Positions 51,101 to 61,707 of a stretch of DNA of 61,707 nucleotides are shown here, one piece after another; position 1 is the first letter of the stretch, and each line of letters starts with the position of its first letter. The stretch is taken from positions 1-61,707 of the forward strand of contig MCFE01000529.1 in NCBI GenBank assembly GCA_002104905.1. The letters run 5' to 3'. This DNA is from Basidiobolus meristosporus CBS 931.73 (Eukaryota; Fungi; Basidiobolomycota). The position numbers were made by a program, and so were the translations under genes. The notes beneath the pieces are model-generated. The model did no database searches, was not told where the DNA came from, and was given only the letters and a program-made list of their open reading frames with translations.

Positions 51101-52499
51101 ATAGAGCAAGGAAAGCACTACTTTGAGCAACATAAGTAAGATTGAGTAAAATTACAGGTAACTATATCCTACCACTGGCATTATGGTAGAAATTATAGTG
51201 CCAGATGGCGTCATAACAATCCGGCACTATAAACAGGCTGGCACTATGTGGCACTATCCAATGGACAATTCTACTTTATTAGCATACCAATGCTGGCCCA
51301 AAATTTCTTTGCCTGTTTGAATCCAGGATAATGCTCATGGCACAAGTCAAGTGCATTCTGCTTAGCCTTGGGTTCCTGATGGTCCCATGGTATGCCAGCC
51401 TTAAGGTGATGACGTGCCAGACTTCTGACGGCCTCTTGCATATTAGCCCACTCTTCATTATTGCACTCAATGGCTTCACAGATCTTTGATGTCTTTTGAT
51501 TTTTAGGCTTAGGTATAAACACCACATTGTCTCCCTCCCACACTGTGATAGGTTTTTCTGTGGGCTTTATCTTTGGGTACTCTTGTTGTGCTTCAAAGTC
51601 TGTACAGCATTCCTCTGCTGTTACATTAGGAAGTGGCTCAATTCTTGGCTGTGAAATTGAGCTACTTACTAGTATGGGTTTATATAATTTCACATCCAAA
51701 GGTACTACCATTGCAATGTGTCCAAACTGTCAGGAATCCACCACCATTGAGGGAAAACATTGTTCACACTCCAGATATATTTCAGTATTGCCCTGTCTGG
51801 GGATGCTAATGCAGTCCAACAAATATTGCAAAGCTATACAGTACTGCACTCAGCATCAATCAAGCGCAAACATATCCAACATATTTGATGGCAAACATTG
51901 CAAACAGCTTAGACGCAAGGGCTACTTTGAAGGTAGGTATGACCATGCCTCTGCCTTAGCACTTGATAGATTCTCATTAAACAAGTACTCTACCAGCAAA
52001 TCCTGCTGGCCACTGATTCTCCTCAATCTGAATATGCCACCCATCTTACAGTATCAGAGCAATAATGTGATGGTAGTCATGCTGGAATCTGGGCCTAAAT
52101 CACCATCCAGCCTGGATAGCTGCCTGAATCAATTGCTTGATGAGTTTTGTATGCTTTCCAGCAAGATAACAGTATATGGCTGTCATGTAAAAGCTTATAT
52201 TATTATCTGCACTGGTGATACCCAATCCATCAGCAAGATGGCGGTTTTTCCAGGCACAATGGGCAGTATTGCTGTCAAATGTATGGGATTTAAGGGATTT
52301 ACTCCATAACTCACACACATTATTATTACCCAAACACCAGCACTAAAATGCTGTTGTGATCCTGTCATAAGATTGTTAAGAGGGTCACTATTTCCAAGCT
52401 GCTGGTATTATGACAGTGTTATAATGGGATCCTGACGGCTCATCTGGATTGGATCCACTTGCAGGACCAAGTTATTTCTCATAGGGTCATGGAAATAAA

Positions 52500-52825
52500 A
52501 GATGTATCACCTACATGAATGTAAGTATTAATAATGATCCACCATAGTAAGCATTATAGAAAATGCTGCAGCACTACATGCAGATTTATATGTATTACTG
52601 TTTCTCCTTTTATTTAGCTCACTTCCATAAATATGCTGCTAAAGTATAAAGCAGGGTTGTTGGGTTCTTAGCTAGACCACACTGGTGACAGCAGCAGAAG
52701 AATGTTAGAACCACAGCTTTCTTTGACATTGAGTGAAACAAGCAGGGCTACATCCAGAAAAGGCCATGTTAACACTGACCTCTCTGAAGGTAATAATGCA
52801 GACTCCTCAGGCTCTCAGTCAGGTT
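52500..52825 (+). repeat. Orphan copy of the CMC central (intergenic/promoter) segment
   Basis: Homologous to about 23650-23970 (CACCTACATGAATGTAAG ... GCAGACTCCTCAGGCTCTCAGTCA). Confidence 0.8.
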
Positions 52826-52852
52826 GGAAAATAAGAATCTCAGTGGTGCTGC

Positions 52853-52920
52853 TGTAGTGGGTCATAGTGACACCCACTAGTAGATGTACCCATTCCCATT
52901 TTTTCTACTCCCCTATTTGT
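52853..52920 (+). repeat. Degenerate copy of the start of the gypsy LTR
   Basis: TGTAGTGGGTCATAGTGACACCCACTAGTAGATGTACCCATTC versus TGTAGTGGGGTCACAGTGACACCCACAGGAAGATGTGCTCATTC. Extent unclear. Confidence 0.6.
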
Positions 52921-53464
52921 CTTTTACCCTTCTATTAGTTTCATGCAATTTTGCTTATCTGAGCAGTTCTCTCCCATAGACCAATTAGCTAAGATATTTG
53001 CTTAGTTATTGCATAAGGTATCCCTCAGTTTATGTAAGATTTGCGTTAATGGAAAGAATTCCTTTTTTATACATCTCAAAACTAATATTGCACTCATTTC
53101 TTTGCTTTGCTTTTTACTAGTGTAACATACAAGTGTAGGATCTAGAATTTCCAACTTTGAAGGGCAAATGCTCCAGACCCTGACTAGAGATCCACCCAAG
53201 AATACTATGTCCTGCAGAAAACTTGATAGCAAGCACATGTTTCAAATTGCAGCTCATTTGAAGCAGTATTTAAGGAGTTATGATCAAAAGAGTCCAATCA
53301 TGATAAATACTAGGCCTCTATTGCTAGAAATTTTATGGTGACTTCAATCACATGTAACTTCTGAACCAGCATTTAAATTATGTGACATTTTGACAGGTGC
53401 TGTGCCTATGTCTGATATGCACCACTGCAAAGTTATAGCTTTGTATCTTGTGTATTGCAGGTGC

Positions 53465-54548
53465 TGTAGTGGGGTCACAGTGACACCCACAGGAAGATGT
53501 GCTCATTCTTATGCATTCACTTCCCTAAAAAGGACTACCCTGCCTATATTATTATCATCCCAAACTTGCAATATTTCTTATTTTTATCTATGTGATTATT
53601 ACTATGCAACCTGACAAACTATTTGTCACTATTAACCCATTGCACAAGCTATTCTTATTCCTTGCCAAGATGCCAAGATAAGATAGTTACCTTATAAGGC
53701 AAGTACCCCAACAGTGCCCATGTCACGTGACCATCTTGGTTTCATAACCCCCCATCTCACTACCATAAGAGGCAACCACATGACACAGAGGTTTCATATT
53801 ACCACTACCTGATTGGCTAGGTGCTACTATGTCTCATGGAATAATCCGCCAAGAATTTGCGCTATTTTTAGTACACAAAGACATGATTGGTTGTCTACTA
53901 CCTTCTGGAAACTTCCAGAAAGTATTTTCTAGCAAGAATTTGAGCAGCAAAAAAAAAAAGTATATAAGGGAGGCTATCCCTTAAAATAAATCATCCCTCT
54001 TCCAATATTCCGACTTATTGATTAGTGAGATCACCGCTACCTGTTGCCACTATTTTCTGACTCAGACCTGACGGCACTCCCAGGAAACCGCGCTGACAGC
54101 CAACTGACCTTGGAGGCACTACTTGTGAGGAATACTCAGAGTAGGTATATTTTATTATATTTGTTTGTTTTCCCAAGTTTGTTCTTGTACAGGCAAAGAT
54201 ACTTTTCAGTCTTTGTAACTATTGGTCAAAGCTGCATTCTTATCAAGTCCCTGTTGGTGGAGTTTACAGTTGTTTTGACTTTGGAAGCTTTAGTACATTG
54301 TCATCTCAAAGGATGTCGAAGCCATTATAAGCTTTTGTTAAGATGCCAACTAAGTTGGGGATTGTAGTTCAATAGTTTTCCCTTGACAAGCTTGAGGCTT
54401 TATCCCCCATCACATTAGATTAGACAAAAGACCCAGTATTCCTAGCAAGCTTTTGCCAGAGGTTATTGCACCCAGTGAACACCCCACACACATTCACACT
54501 TGAGAAGTGTTGGCCGTATTTTGCCCTTTGGACTTATACACCACCACA
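53465..54548 (+). repeat. gypsy 5' LTR (1084 bp)
   Basis: Direct repeat of 59578-60658 with a few dozen differences, mostly transitions. TATATAAG box near 53961. Confidence 0.95.
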
Positions 54549-54552
54549 TATT

Positions 54553-54569
54553 TGGCACCCAACGTGGGG
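54553..54569 (+). other. gypsy PBS, tRNA-Lys(CUU) type
   Basis: TGGCACCCAACGTGGGG equals the tRNA-Lys1,2 PBS TGGCGCCCAACGTGGGG with one CG>CA change. Confidence 0.8.
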
Positions 54570-54688
54570 GGTTCATACAAGCTCCCTAGGACCCAACAAG
54601 ATTTACCTGAAGATTTGAGCCGTTACCCATTTATTGAAACAAGACTACCAATATTATCAAGACTACAACACCAACCTACCTACCCAAA

Positions 54689-57600
54689 ATGAACTCTATG
54701 CCATTACCACTCTCACATGGAGCCCCACAGTTTGATGGAAAGAATGTGGAGAGCTTCATATACAAATGGGAGAAGCTCTGCAAGATGTGCAGCCTATCTG
54801 AACAAGAAATGGCTGAAGACTTCCCCTACTACTGCACCGATGATATTACTACTAATCTTCTCAGACAAGGAGACATTCTGACTGACTGGACCTTAATGAA
54901 GACCTACCTACAGACCGAGTATGGCAGACCCCAGATATACTATGGAATTGAGGACCTCAGACACTTTGGGAGGATGGGACTCTCCAAGCTACCACTTGAA
55001 GAGTTCATTCAACAATATGAAGATATGGCCAAGCCACTCCTAGAGTCCCAGGCAATAACTGAGTTTACCATGACACTTTACCTTGCACAAGGGCTTCCCC
55101 AGGAATTAGCAAGGAAAGTTGACCTACATGCAGCCAAGGATGACAAGTCTGGCATTCCTTGCTTTGCAGAGATGAAACGTGTACTCCTAGAGGCAAAGCA
55201 AACTTCTACCTTTATGAGACTCCTGACATCTAATCTGCCAGACCAACCAACTAAGGAGCCAAAGAGTGCTGTTGCTGACAATCAGACCTACACTACCGAC
55301 AGAATTGACCAACTTGCTGAACAGCTACAAAAGCTAGCCCTCAAGATTAACGGCTCAGCCAAAGTAGCTACTGAGGGCCAAAGAGCTCTGCCTAGACACT
55401 GCATTTGGTGTGACTCTACTCAGCATGCCAGACGTGAATGCTCAGAGCTTAGCCAGCTACTTAGAGAAGGAACAGTACAGTTTGATGCTGATGGAATGCT
55501 TGCTGATAAGGAGGGAAAAAGGATTCCCACTAATTTCCAAAGAGGCGGAATGAGAACCCTTTTCCAGAAGTCTGACTCAGCAACTAGAAAGATTACTGTT
55601 GATGCCCCTATTGAGACTCATACAGTGAGTCCAAACAGCCCTGACAACAGAAAATACGAAGTAGACACCTTTGCTACTAAGAGACACCTTCCTGAAGAAC
55701 CTGTCAAACCCATCCTTAGAAGACCATGATTTGAAGAGCCTGAGGTTATTATTGACAAGAGGCCTAGAACACTGCCTACCCAAGACCCATTACCTCACTT
55801 TCAGATGACCTCAAAGATAGCAGGCTACTCAAGCCCCCAATTGATTACTGAGAAACTACTGAAGCAGAACCTCACTTTGTCAGTTGGAGAAATCATGAGT
55901 GTATCACCGTCTGTTAGGAAGACCTTTGATGAGCAGCTTAGAACAAGAAGACAAGCTGTTGAACATATGGACACCCATATAATCCAGACAAACCATGAAG
56001 ACCACAAAAAGGATGACACCGCTACCAAATACAAGACCTTTTACTCAGTTGCAACTGCTGTGGTGAAAGGGTACATATATGATGACCCTGTTGACTGCCA
56101 TATTGACAGTGGTTCAGAGATTTGTGTTATGCCGCTAGACTTCTGGAAGACACTTAGAAGCAAGGAGCTACTGCCTGTTGATAGAGATATTGGATGGAAC
56201 ATGACTGATGCAAACTCAGGGTCTAGCCCACTCTATAGTGTAGTGCACAAGTTCCCTATTGAGGTACAAGGAATCAAGGTCTGGCTTCCCCTCTTTATCT
56301 GCCAGAAGGCAAACTTTGACCTTCTGTTAGGCAGACCATGGGAGACCAGTACTAAGGCTACAACTACCAACTATTCTGATGGGTCAGTGTGGTACACTAT
56401 ACAAGGATCCAACCCAGGACTACAGTCAACATTCTGTGGGGTAACACCCAACAATAAGAGGACACATACCGCTTGCCAGAAGACACATCTTGTTATAGAA
56501 GAAGATGAGGAGCCTGACAGTATACACCCTAACAGTTGGAGCTGCTCATTAGGTATACAGGAGCAGTCAGCTATGGTTCGCACAAAATACAAGACAGTGG
56601 AACAGAAGATTAGACCATCACTTACACCTTTAACTGATGGGTCTTGACCTGCTGATTACATCAGACCACCAGAAGGAACACCAGAAGATATACGACTTAC
56701 ACCTGAGAGACTTAAGCAACTTATCATTGGTGATGGAAACCTAACACCGGAGGAGATCTTACTATTTGAAGAAACCCTGAAAAGGCATGATAAGGTTTTC
56801 TCATATAACGACAAGGAGATGGGACTCTTAAAGACATCGGTTGAAAAACCTATCAAATTCATACAGTGCCCCACACACCCTGGTCATTTAACCTTACCCA
56901 CTGCCTAGAGGACTCCAAGCTGATGTGCATGACCTACTTAAGAAGAAGATTGAAGCTGGTATCCTAGAACCTTGCCATGGACCTTATGCTAACAGATGGT
57001 TTGTGACCAAAAAGAAGAATGGAAGCTCCAATTCATTCAAGACATGCAACCTGCAAATGCTGTCACTATCAGAGATGCGCAATACCTCCGTCTATTGATG
57101 ACTTTGCAGAAAGCTTTAGTGGTCACTCCATCTACTCAACATATGATCTCTACTCAGGATATGACCAGATCCCCCTAGATGAGACATCAAGAGATATGTT
57201 TGCACTCCAGACACCATTTGGACTGTTAAGAATGACAAGACTTCAGCCAAGGGGCAACAAACTCCGTGGCTCAGTTCCAGAGGTGCATGGTAAATGTGCT
57301 CTACCAGTTTATACCTGAGAAACTTGCTGTCTTTGTTGATGACATAGGCATCAAAGGACCAAAACTCCGGACACAACTGAAGTTATGCCTGGAGTAAGAA
57401 AGTTTGTCTATGACCATATTTCAGACAATGATGCCATATTAGGAGCCATTGAAGAAGCTGGACTCACCATCAGTGGTGAGAAAAGCAGCTTTGGTGTATC
57501 AGAGATATCCATTGTTGGACAAAAATGCAACACCTTTGGTTGTTCACCTGGAGACTCCAAGACACAAAAGATATGCAACTGGCCTACCCCCACAAATCTA

Positions 57601-59540
57601 ACACAAGCTCGTGGCTTTGTGGCAGCTTGTGGGTTCTTTAGGATCTGGATCCCAAGATTTTCTGAGATAGCAGAACCAATCTACCAACTACAGAGAAAGA
57701 ATACCCCATTTATCTGGGGAGAAGAGCAAGAAGAAGCCATGCAATTACTAAAAGAGGCCTTAGTATCTCCACCAGTTCTAAGACCTCTTGACTATCAGAA
57801 CACTGAATGCCCACCTATCTTGACAGTGGATGCAAGCCCTATAGGAGCTGGAGCACTACTTGGCCAAGATGATGAAGATGGCAACCGCTATGCCTGCAGA
57901 TATGAGAGCTGCCTCTTCTCTCCTAGAGAACAAAGATACTCACAGATTAAGAGAGAGCTACTAGGAGTTGTGAAAGATGCTGAGGAAGCTGAAGTCACAA
58001 CTCTACATGACACATTTTGTCCTGGAGACAGATGCCAAGCCACTTATAGGAATGATCAACAAGCCTGACCTACCTGATGATGCCACAAATTGGTGGATGG
58101 CATGGCTGAAAATGTTTGACTTTGAGGTCAGACATATCCCTGGCAAGACAAATGTTGTGGCTGATGCACTCTCCAGGAAGGGACCACAGTTGTCTGAAGA
58201 TATGGACCCTGACTTTGATGACATAATTGATGCAGAAATCCAACAACTACATGTGAAGAAGCCCAGCAACTCTACGTGGAACACCATTCAAGACTATCTG
58301 AGAACCTTAGAGAAGCCACCAGGAATGAGCCCACATGACTTCAGAAAGCTCAGGAAGAAGGCCCATCATTTCTACATAAAGGATGGCCTCCTCTTCAAAC
58401 AAGTAAAGCCTGGACAGACACCAAGGAGAGTTATAGTTGAGCCCCAGGAACAACTGACTATTATGTCAAGCCTTCATGAAGGAAGACCTGGTGGTCATAG
58501 AGGCAGAGACACCACTTACAATGTTGTTTCCAGTAGATACTACTGGGAGCATATGTATCATGATGTCCAACACTTTGTTGAATCTTGTGACATTTGCCAA
58601 AGAAGGTCAACCAAGAGATATGAGGAGCTGCTCCATCCAACCTACACACCTTGTCTATGGCAGAAGGTTGGCATTGACCTGGTCCACATGCCAACTGCTG
58701 GAACCAAGAAGTACCTTGTTGTTGCCAGAGATGATCTGAGTGGGTGGGTAGAAGCTTGAGCTCTATCCAATAACAAAAGCCACACCATATGGAGATTTAT
58801 TCTTGAAGATATAATATGCAGATTTGGCTGCATCAGCCAGTTTGTTGCTGACCAAGGAGAAATGACTTCAAATTTGATCCAGGAACTCTGCTCACAATAC
58901 AAGATTCATATTGCTTTCACCACTGCTTATCACCCACAGGCCAATGGAATGGTTGAAAGAGGCCATGGCCCGTTGGTTAACTCCCTAGTCAAGAGCTGCA
59001 ACAACATGACACTACAGTGGCCTAGACAACTTCATCTAGCACTCTGGGCAGATAGAATCACTACAAAACACAGCACAGGCCTATCTCCATTCAAATTGCT
59101 TTATGGACATGATTGCATTCTTCCCATAGATGCTTGACTCAACATCCTGGAACATGCTAGAGTGGAGAACTACAATGAGTACAGAAGAACTACTGACTAC
59201 ACGCATCAAACAGCTTGATCACCATGAACTTGATATTACCCAAGCAGCTGCTAAACTCAAAGAGACAAGACTTCAGAACAAGGAACCATTTGACAAGTCA
59301 CATAGCCTTAGACCAAAGCCATTACTGCAAGGAGATCCAGTACTGCTCTATGATTCCACTTTAGACAAGCAGTGGAGTTGCAAATTTGACAATAAGTGGT
59401 CTGGCCCATTTATTATCTCTAAGGTGATTGGAAATGGAAGCTACTACTGTCTGAACTTGATGAAACACCGCTAAGAGCACCTGTGGCAGGAAACAGACTT
59501 AAGCTATTCAAGCACCGGAATTTTGCACATCACATTTAGT
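54689..59540 (+). pseudogene. gypsy gag-pol with in-frame TGA stops (55727, 56645, 58757, 59135) and frameshifts in RT, RNase H and IN
   Basis: GAPQFDGKNV (gag), CIWCDSTQH, protease HIDSGSEI, LLLGRPW, RT YSTYDLYSGYDQI and FVDDI, RNase H LTVDASPIGAGALL, integrase HEGRPGGH..C..CQ, GIDLVHMP, DQGE and NGMVERGH. Confidence 0.93.
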
Positions 59541-59564
59541 TTGCTTTGACCTGAGTTCAAAGCT

Positions 59565-59577
59565 GAGAGGGGGTGGA
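59565..59577 (+). other. gypsy polypurine tract
   Basis: GAGAGGGGGTGGA lies immediately before the 3' LTR. Confidence 0.85.
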
Positions 59578-60658
59578 TGTAGTGGGGTCACAGTGACACC
59601 CACAGGCAGATGTGCTCATTCTCATATGCGTTCACTTCCCTAAAAAGGATTACCCCGCCTATATTATTATCATCCCAAATTTGCAATATTTCCTATTTTT
59701 GTCTATGTGATTATTACTATGCAACCTGACAAACTATTTGTCACTATTAACCCATTGCACAAGCTATTCTTATTCCTTGCCAAGATGCCAAGATAAGATA
59801 GTTACCTTATAAGGCAAGTACCCCAACAGTGCCCATGTCATGTGACCATCTTGGTTTCATAACCCTCCTATCCTACTACCATAAGAGGCAACCACATGAC
59901 ACAGAGGTTTCATATTACCACTACCTGATTGGCTAGGTGCTACTATGTCTCATGGAACAATCCGCCAAGAATTTGCGCTATTTTTAGTACACAATGACAT
60001 GATTGGCTGTCTACTACCTTCTGGAAACTTCCGGAAAGTATTTTCTAGCAAGAATTGAGCAGCAAAAAAGTATATAAGGGAGGCTATCCCTTAAAATAAA
60101 TCATCCCTCTTCCAATATTCCAACTTATTGATTAGTGAGATCACCGCTACCTATTACCACTATTTTCTGACTCAGACCTGACAATACTCCCAGGAAACCG
60201 CGCTGACAGCCAACTGACCTTGGAGGCACTACTTGTGAGGAATACTCAGAGTAGGTATATTTTATTATATTTGTTTGTTTTCCCAAGTTTGTTCTTGTAC
60301 AGGCAAAGATACTTTTCAGTCTTTGTAACTATTGGTCAAAGCTGCATTCTTATCAAGTCCCTGTTGGTGGAGTTTACAGTTGTTTTGACTTTGGAAGCTT
60401 TAGTACATTGTCATCTCAAAGGACGTCAAAGCCATTATAAACTTTTGTTAAGACGCCAACTAAGTTGGGGATTGTAGTTCAATAGTTTTCCCTTGACAAG
60501 CTTGAGGCTTTATCCCCCATCACATTAGATTAGATAAAAGACCCAGTATTCCTAGCAAGCTTTTGCCAGAGGTTATTGCACCCAGTGAACACCCCACACA
60601 CATTCACACTTGAGAAGTGTTGGCCGTATTTTGCCTTTTGGACTTATACACCACCACA
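59578..60658 (+). repeat. gypsy 3' LTR (1081 bp)
   Basis: Direct repeat of 53465-54548. Confidence 0.95.
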
Positions 60659-61382
60659 CCGTTGGATAGTGCCACATTGAGCCATGAGTGCCAAATAGTG
60701 CCATTGCATGCCAGAGAGGCATAGTAGACCTAAACTTGGCCCCAGAGTGTGAAACATAGCTCTGCATCTTCATGCAAAGCAGCCCCTGTGTTTCACCCAT
60801 TGTGCTGGAGAAAATCCATTTTTTGACCATTTTTTTTGGATCAATGTTGTGCATGACGTGTAAGAGGACAGAAGGACTGAAGACATGCATCTGGTACTCA
60901 ATACCCATGGCACTCTGAATCTAGCTCCTGTAGCGTATATCATGTCACAAAAATGAATGGCACTATCTTGGTTCACTGGTACTATATGGCACTATAAGTG
61001 CTTTGTATAGGTCTTACTTTAGGGCTAATATTTAAATATAGTGCCAGATAGTACCAGTGGACCAAGATAGTGCCATTCATTTTTGTGACATGATATACGC
61101 TACAGGAGCTAGATTCAAAGTGCCATGGGTATTGAGTACCAGATGCATGTCTTCAGTCCTTCTGTCCTCTTACACATCATGCACAACATTGATCCAAAAA
61201 AAAGGTCAAAAAATGGATTTTCTCCAACTCAATGGGTGAAACACAGGGGCTGCTTTGCATGAAGATGAAGAGCTATGTTTCACACTCTGTGGCCAAGTTT
61301 AGGCTCACTTGGCCTCCCAGGCACACTATGGCATCATTTGGCCCTCATGGCTCAATGTGGCACTATTCAACGGAACAAGTCT
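60659..61382. mobile_element. Second foldback MITE of the Pangu-like family, left terminus clipped by the gypsy LTR
   Basis: Arms 60659-60996 and 61037-61373 are near-perfect inverted repeats around a 40-bp spacer. It ends CAACGGAACAAGTCT and is homologous to 38277-38996. Confidence 0.9.
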
Positions 61383-61707
61383 TATGTCCACAGGGCTTTT
61401 TTTGGTTGTAGCCCTGCATATTGTACTGAATATCAAAGCAAGCTGTTGTCCAACCATTCTTCTGCTGCTGTCAGCAGGGGGTTTAGTTGGGAACCAGATG
61501 ATTATGCATTATTTCTTGGCAGCATATACATCAAAGTGAGTCATACCAAAGGGAAAATGGTGTAATATGTATATGTGTAAGTGGTGCCACAACATTACTT
61601 GTAATGCTTACTATGACAGATCAACATTTCATCTTACATTCATGTAGGTGTAATGTTTCGATTGGAAAACTGTCTTGAATTCACATGAGTATTGACAAAA
61701 ATACAAT
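61383..61707 (-). repeat. CMC central segment, reverse orientation; runs off the window
   Basis: Homologous to about 42440-42760 (CCACAGGGC.TTTTTTGG.TGTAGCCCTGCA ... CTTACATTCATGTAGGTG). Confidence 0.8.

Larger units (their letters stand above)
48486..51272. mobile_element. PIF/Harbinger-superfamily (PHIS, Pangu-like) DNA transposon, 2787 bp, ACT TSD
   Basis: TIRs AGACTTGTTCCATTG and CAATGGACAATTCT. ACT lies at 48483-48485 and 51273-51275, and the empty site AAGATACTTTCTTAGC is seen in copy B. Repeated GGCACTAT subterminal motifs and a DDE_Tnp_4-type transposase. Confidence 0.88.
46976..52486. mobile_element. CMC copy D/E: internally deleted derivative with both termini, hosting the Pangu-like insertion
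   Basis: Terminus CCCTATGAAAAA at 46976 and TTTCTCATAGGG at 52486. The companion gene breaks at 48485 and resumes at 51273. Deletion joins near 51670-51700 and 52340 remove the central promoter and the transposase C-terminus. Confidence 0.8.
53465..60658 (+). mobile_element. Ty3/gypsy LTR retrotransposon (7.2 kb), inactivated, no TSD
   Basis: LTRs of about 1.08 kb (TGTAGTGG...CCACCACA), a PBS, a PPT, and gag-PR-RT-RNaseH-IN order. Flanks GGTGC and CCGTT do not match. Confidence 0.96.

Noticed and set aside
52853-53459. Possible 607-bp solo LTR with a GCTGC/GGTGC TSD
   Set aside because: Only the first ~60 bp resemble the LTR. The TSD is imperfect and the right end is unsupported.
54044-54367. 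107-aa ORF repeated at 60220-60477, and ORF 54507-54692
   Set aside because: These lie within the LTRs or leader. The start is not conserved between LTRs and there is no env-like or other motif.
60573-61565. Mirror-image ORFs on both strands (60770-60976 -, 61057-61239 +)
   Set aside because: A trivial consequence of the foldback MITE, not coding.
1-61707. tRNA, rRNA or other structured ncRNA genes
   Set aside because: None recognised. The tRNA-like matches are only primer-binding sites. A covariance-model search would be needed to exclude them.

Overview
AT-biased eukaryotic DNA, almost certainly fungal. Short 55-70 bp GT-AG introns, a WOPR/Gti1-Pac2 gene and the transposon repertoire suggest an early-diverging fungus (inference). 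Only four host genes are supportable: a DUF1772/anthrone-oxygenase-like membrane protein (9592-10056 -), a Pac2-type Gti1/Pac2 transcription factor (13632-14540 +), a 12-exon SRP72 (16336-18984 -) and an orphan with a Zds_C-like motif (32005-32739 -). More than half the window is nested mobile DNA. (i) 1-8570 is a head-to-tail array of 5'-truncated non-LTR retroelements, with CCCTAA telomere-type repeats at each junction, interrupted by a very young Ty1/copia element that has a half-tRNA-iMet primer site. (ii) A CMC/EnSpm-like DNA transposon family (CCCTATGAAA termini) carries a Tnp2-type transposase and a divergently transcribed unknown gene; it occurs as one complete copy and many stacked or deleted copies. 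(iii) A PIF/Harbinger-superfamily (Pangu-like) two-ORF element with an ACT target duplication occurs with two ~720 bp foldback MITEs that share its termini. (iv) A Ty3/gypsy element has a tRNA-Lys primer site and no TSD. (v) There are several older copia and L1-like relics. Multicopy TEs show strong CpG-directed C>T decay while genes and unique DNA keep CpG. All alignments were done by eye and no database searches were run.
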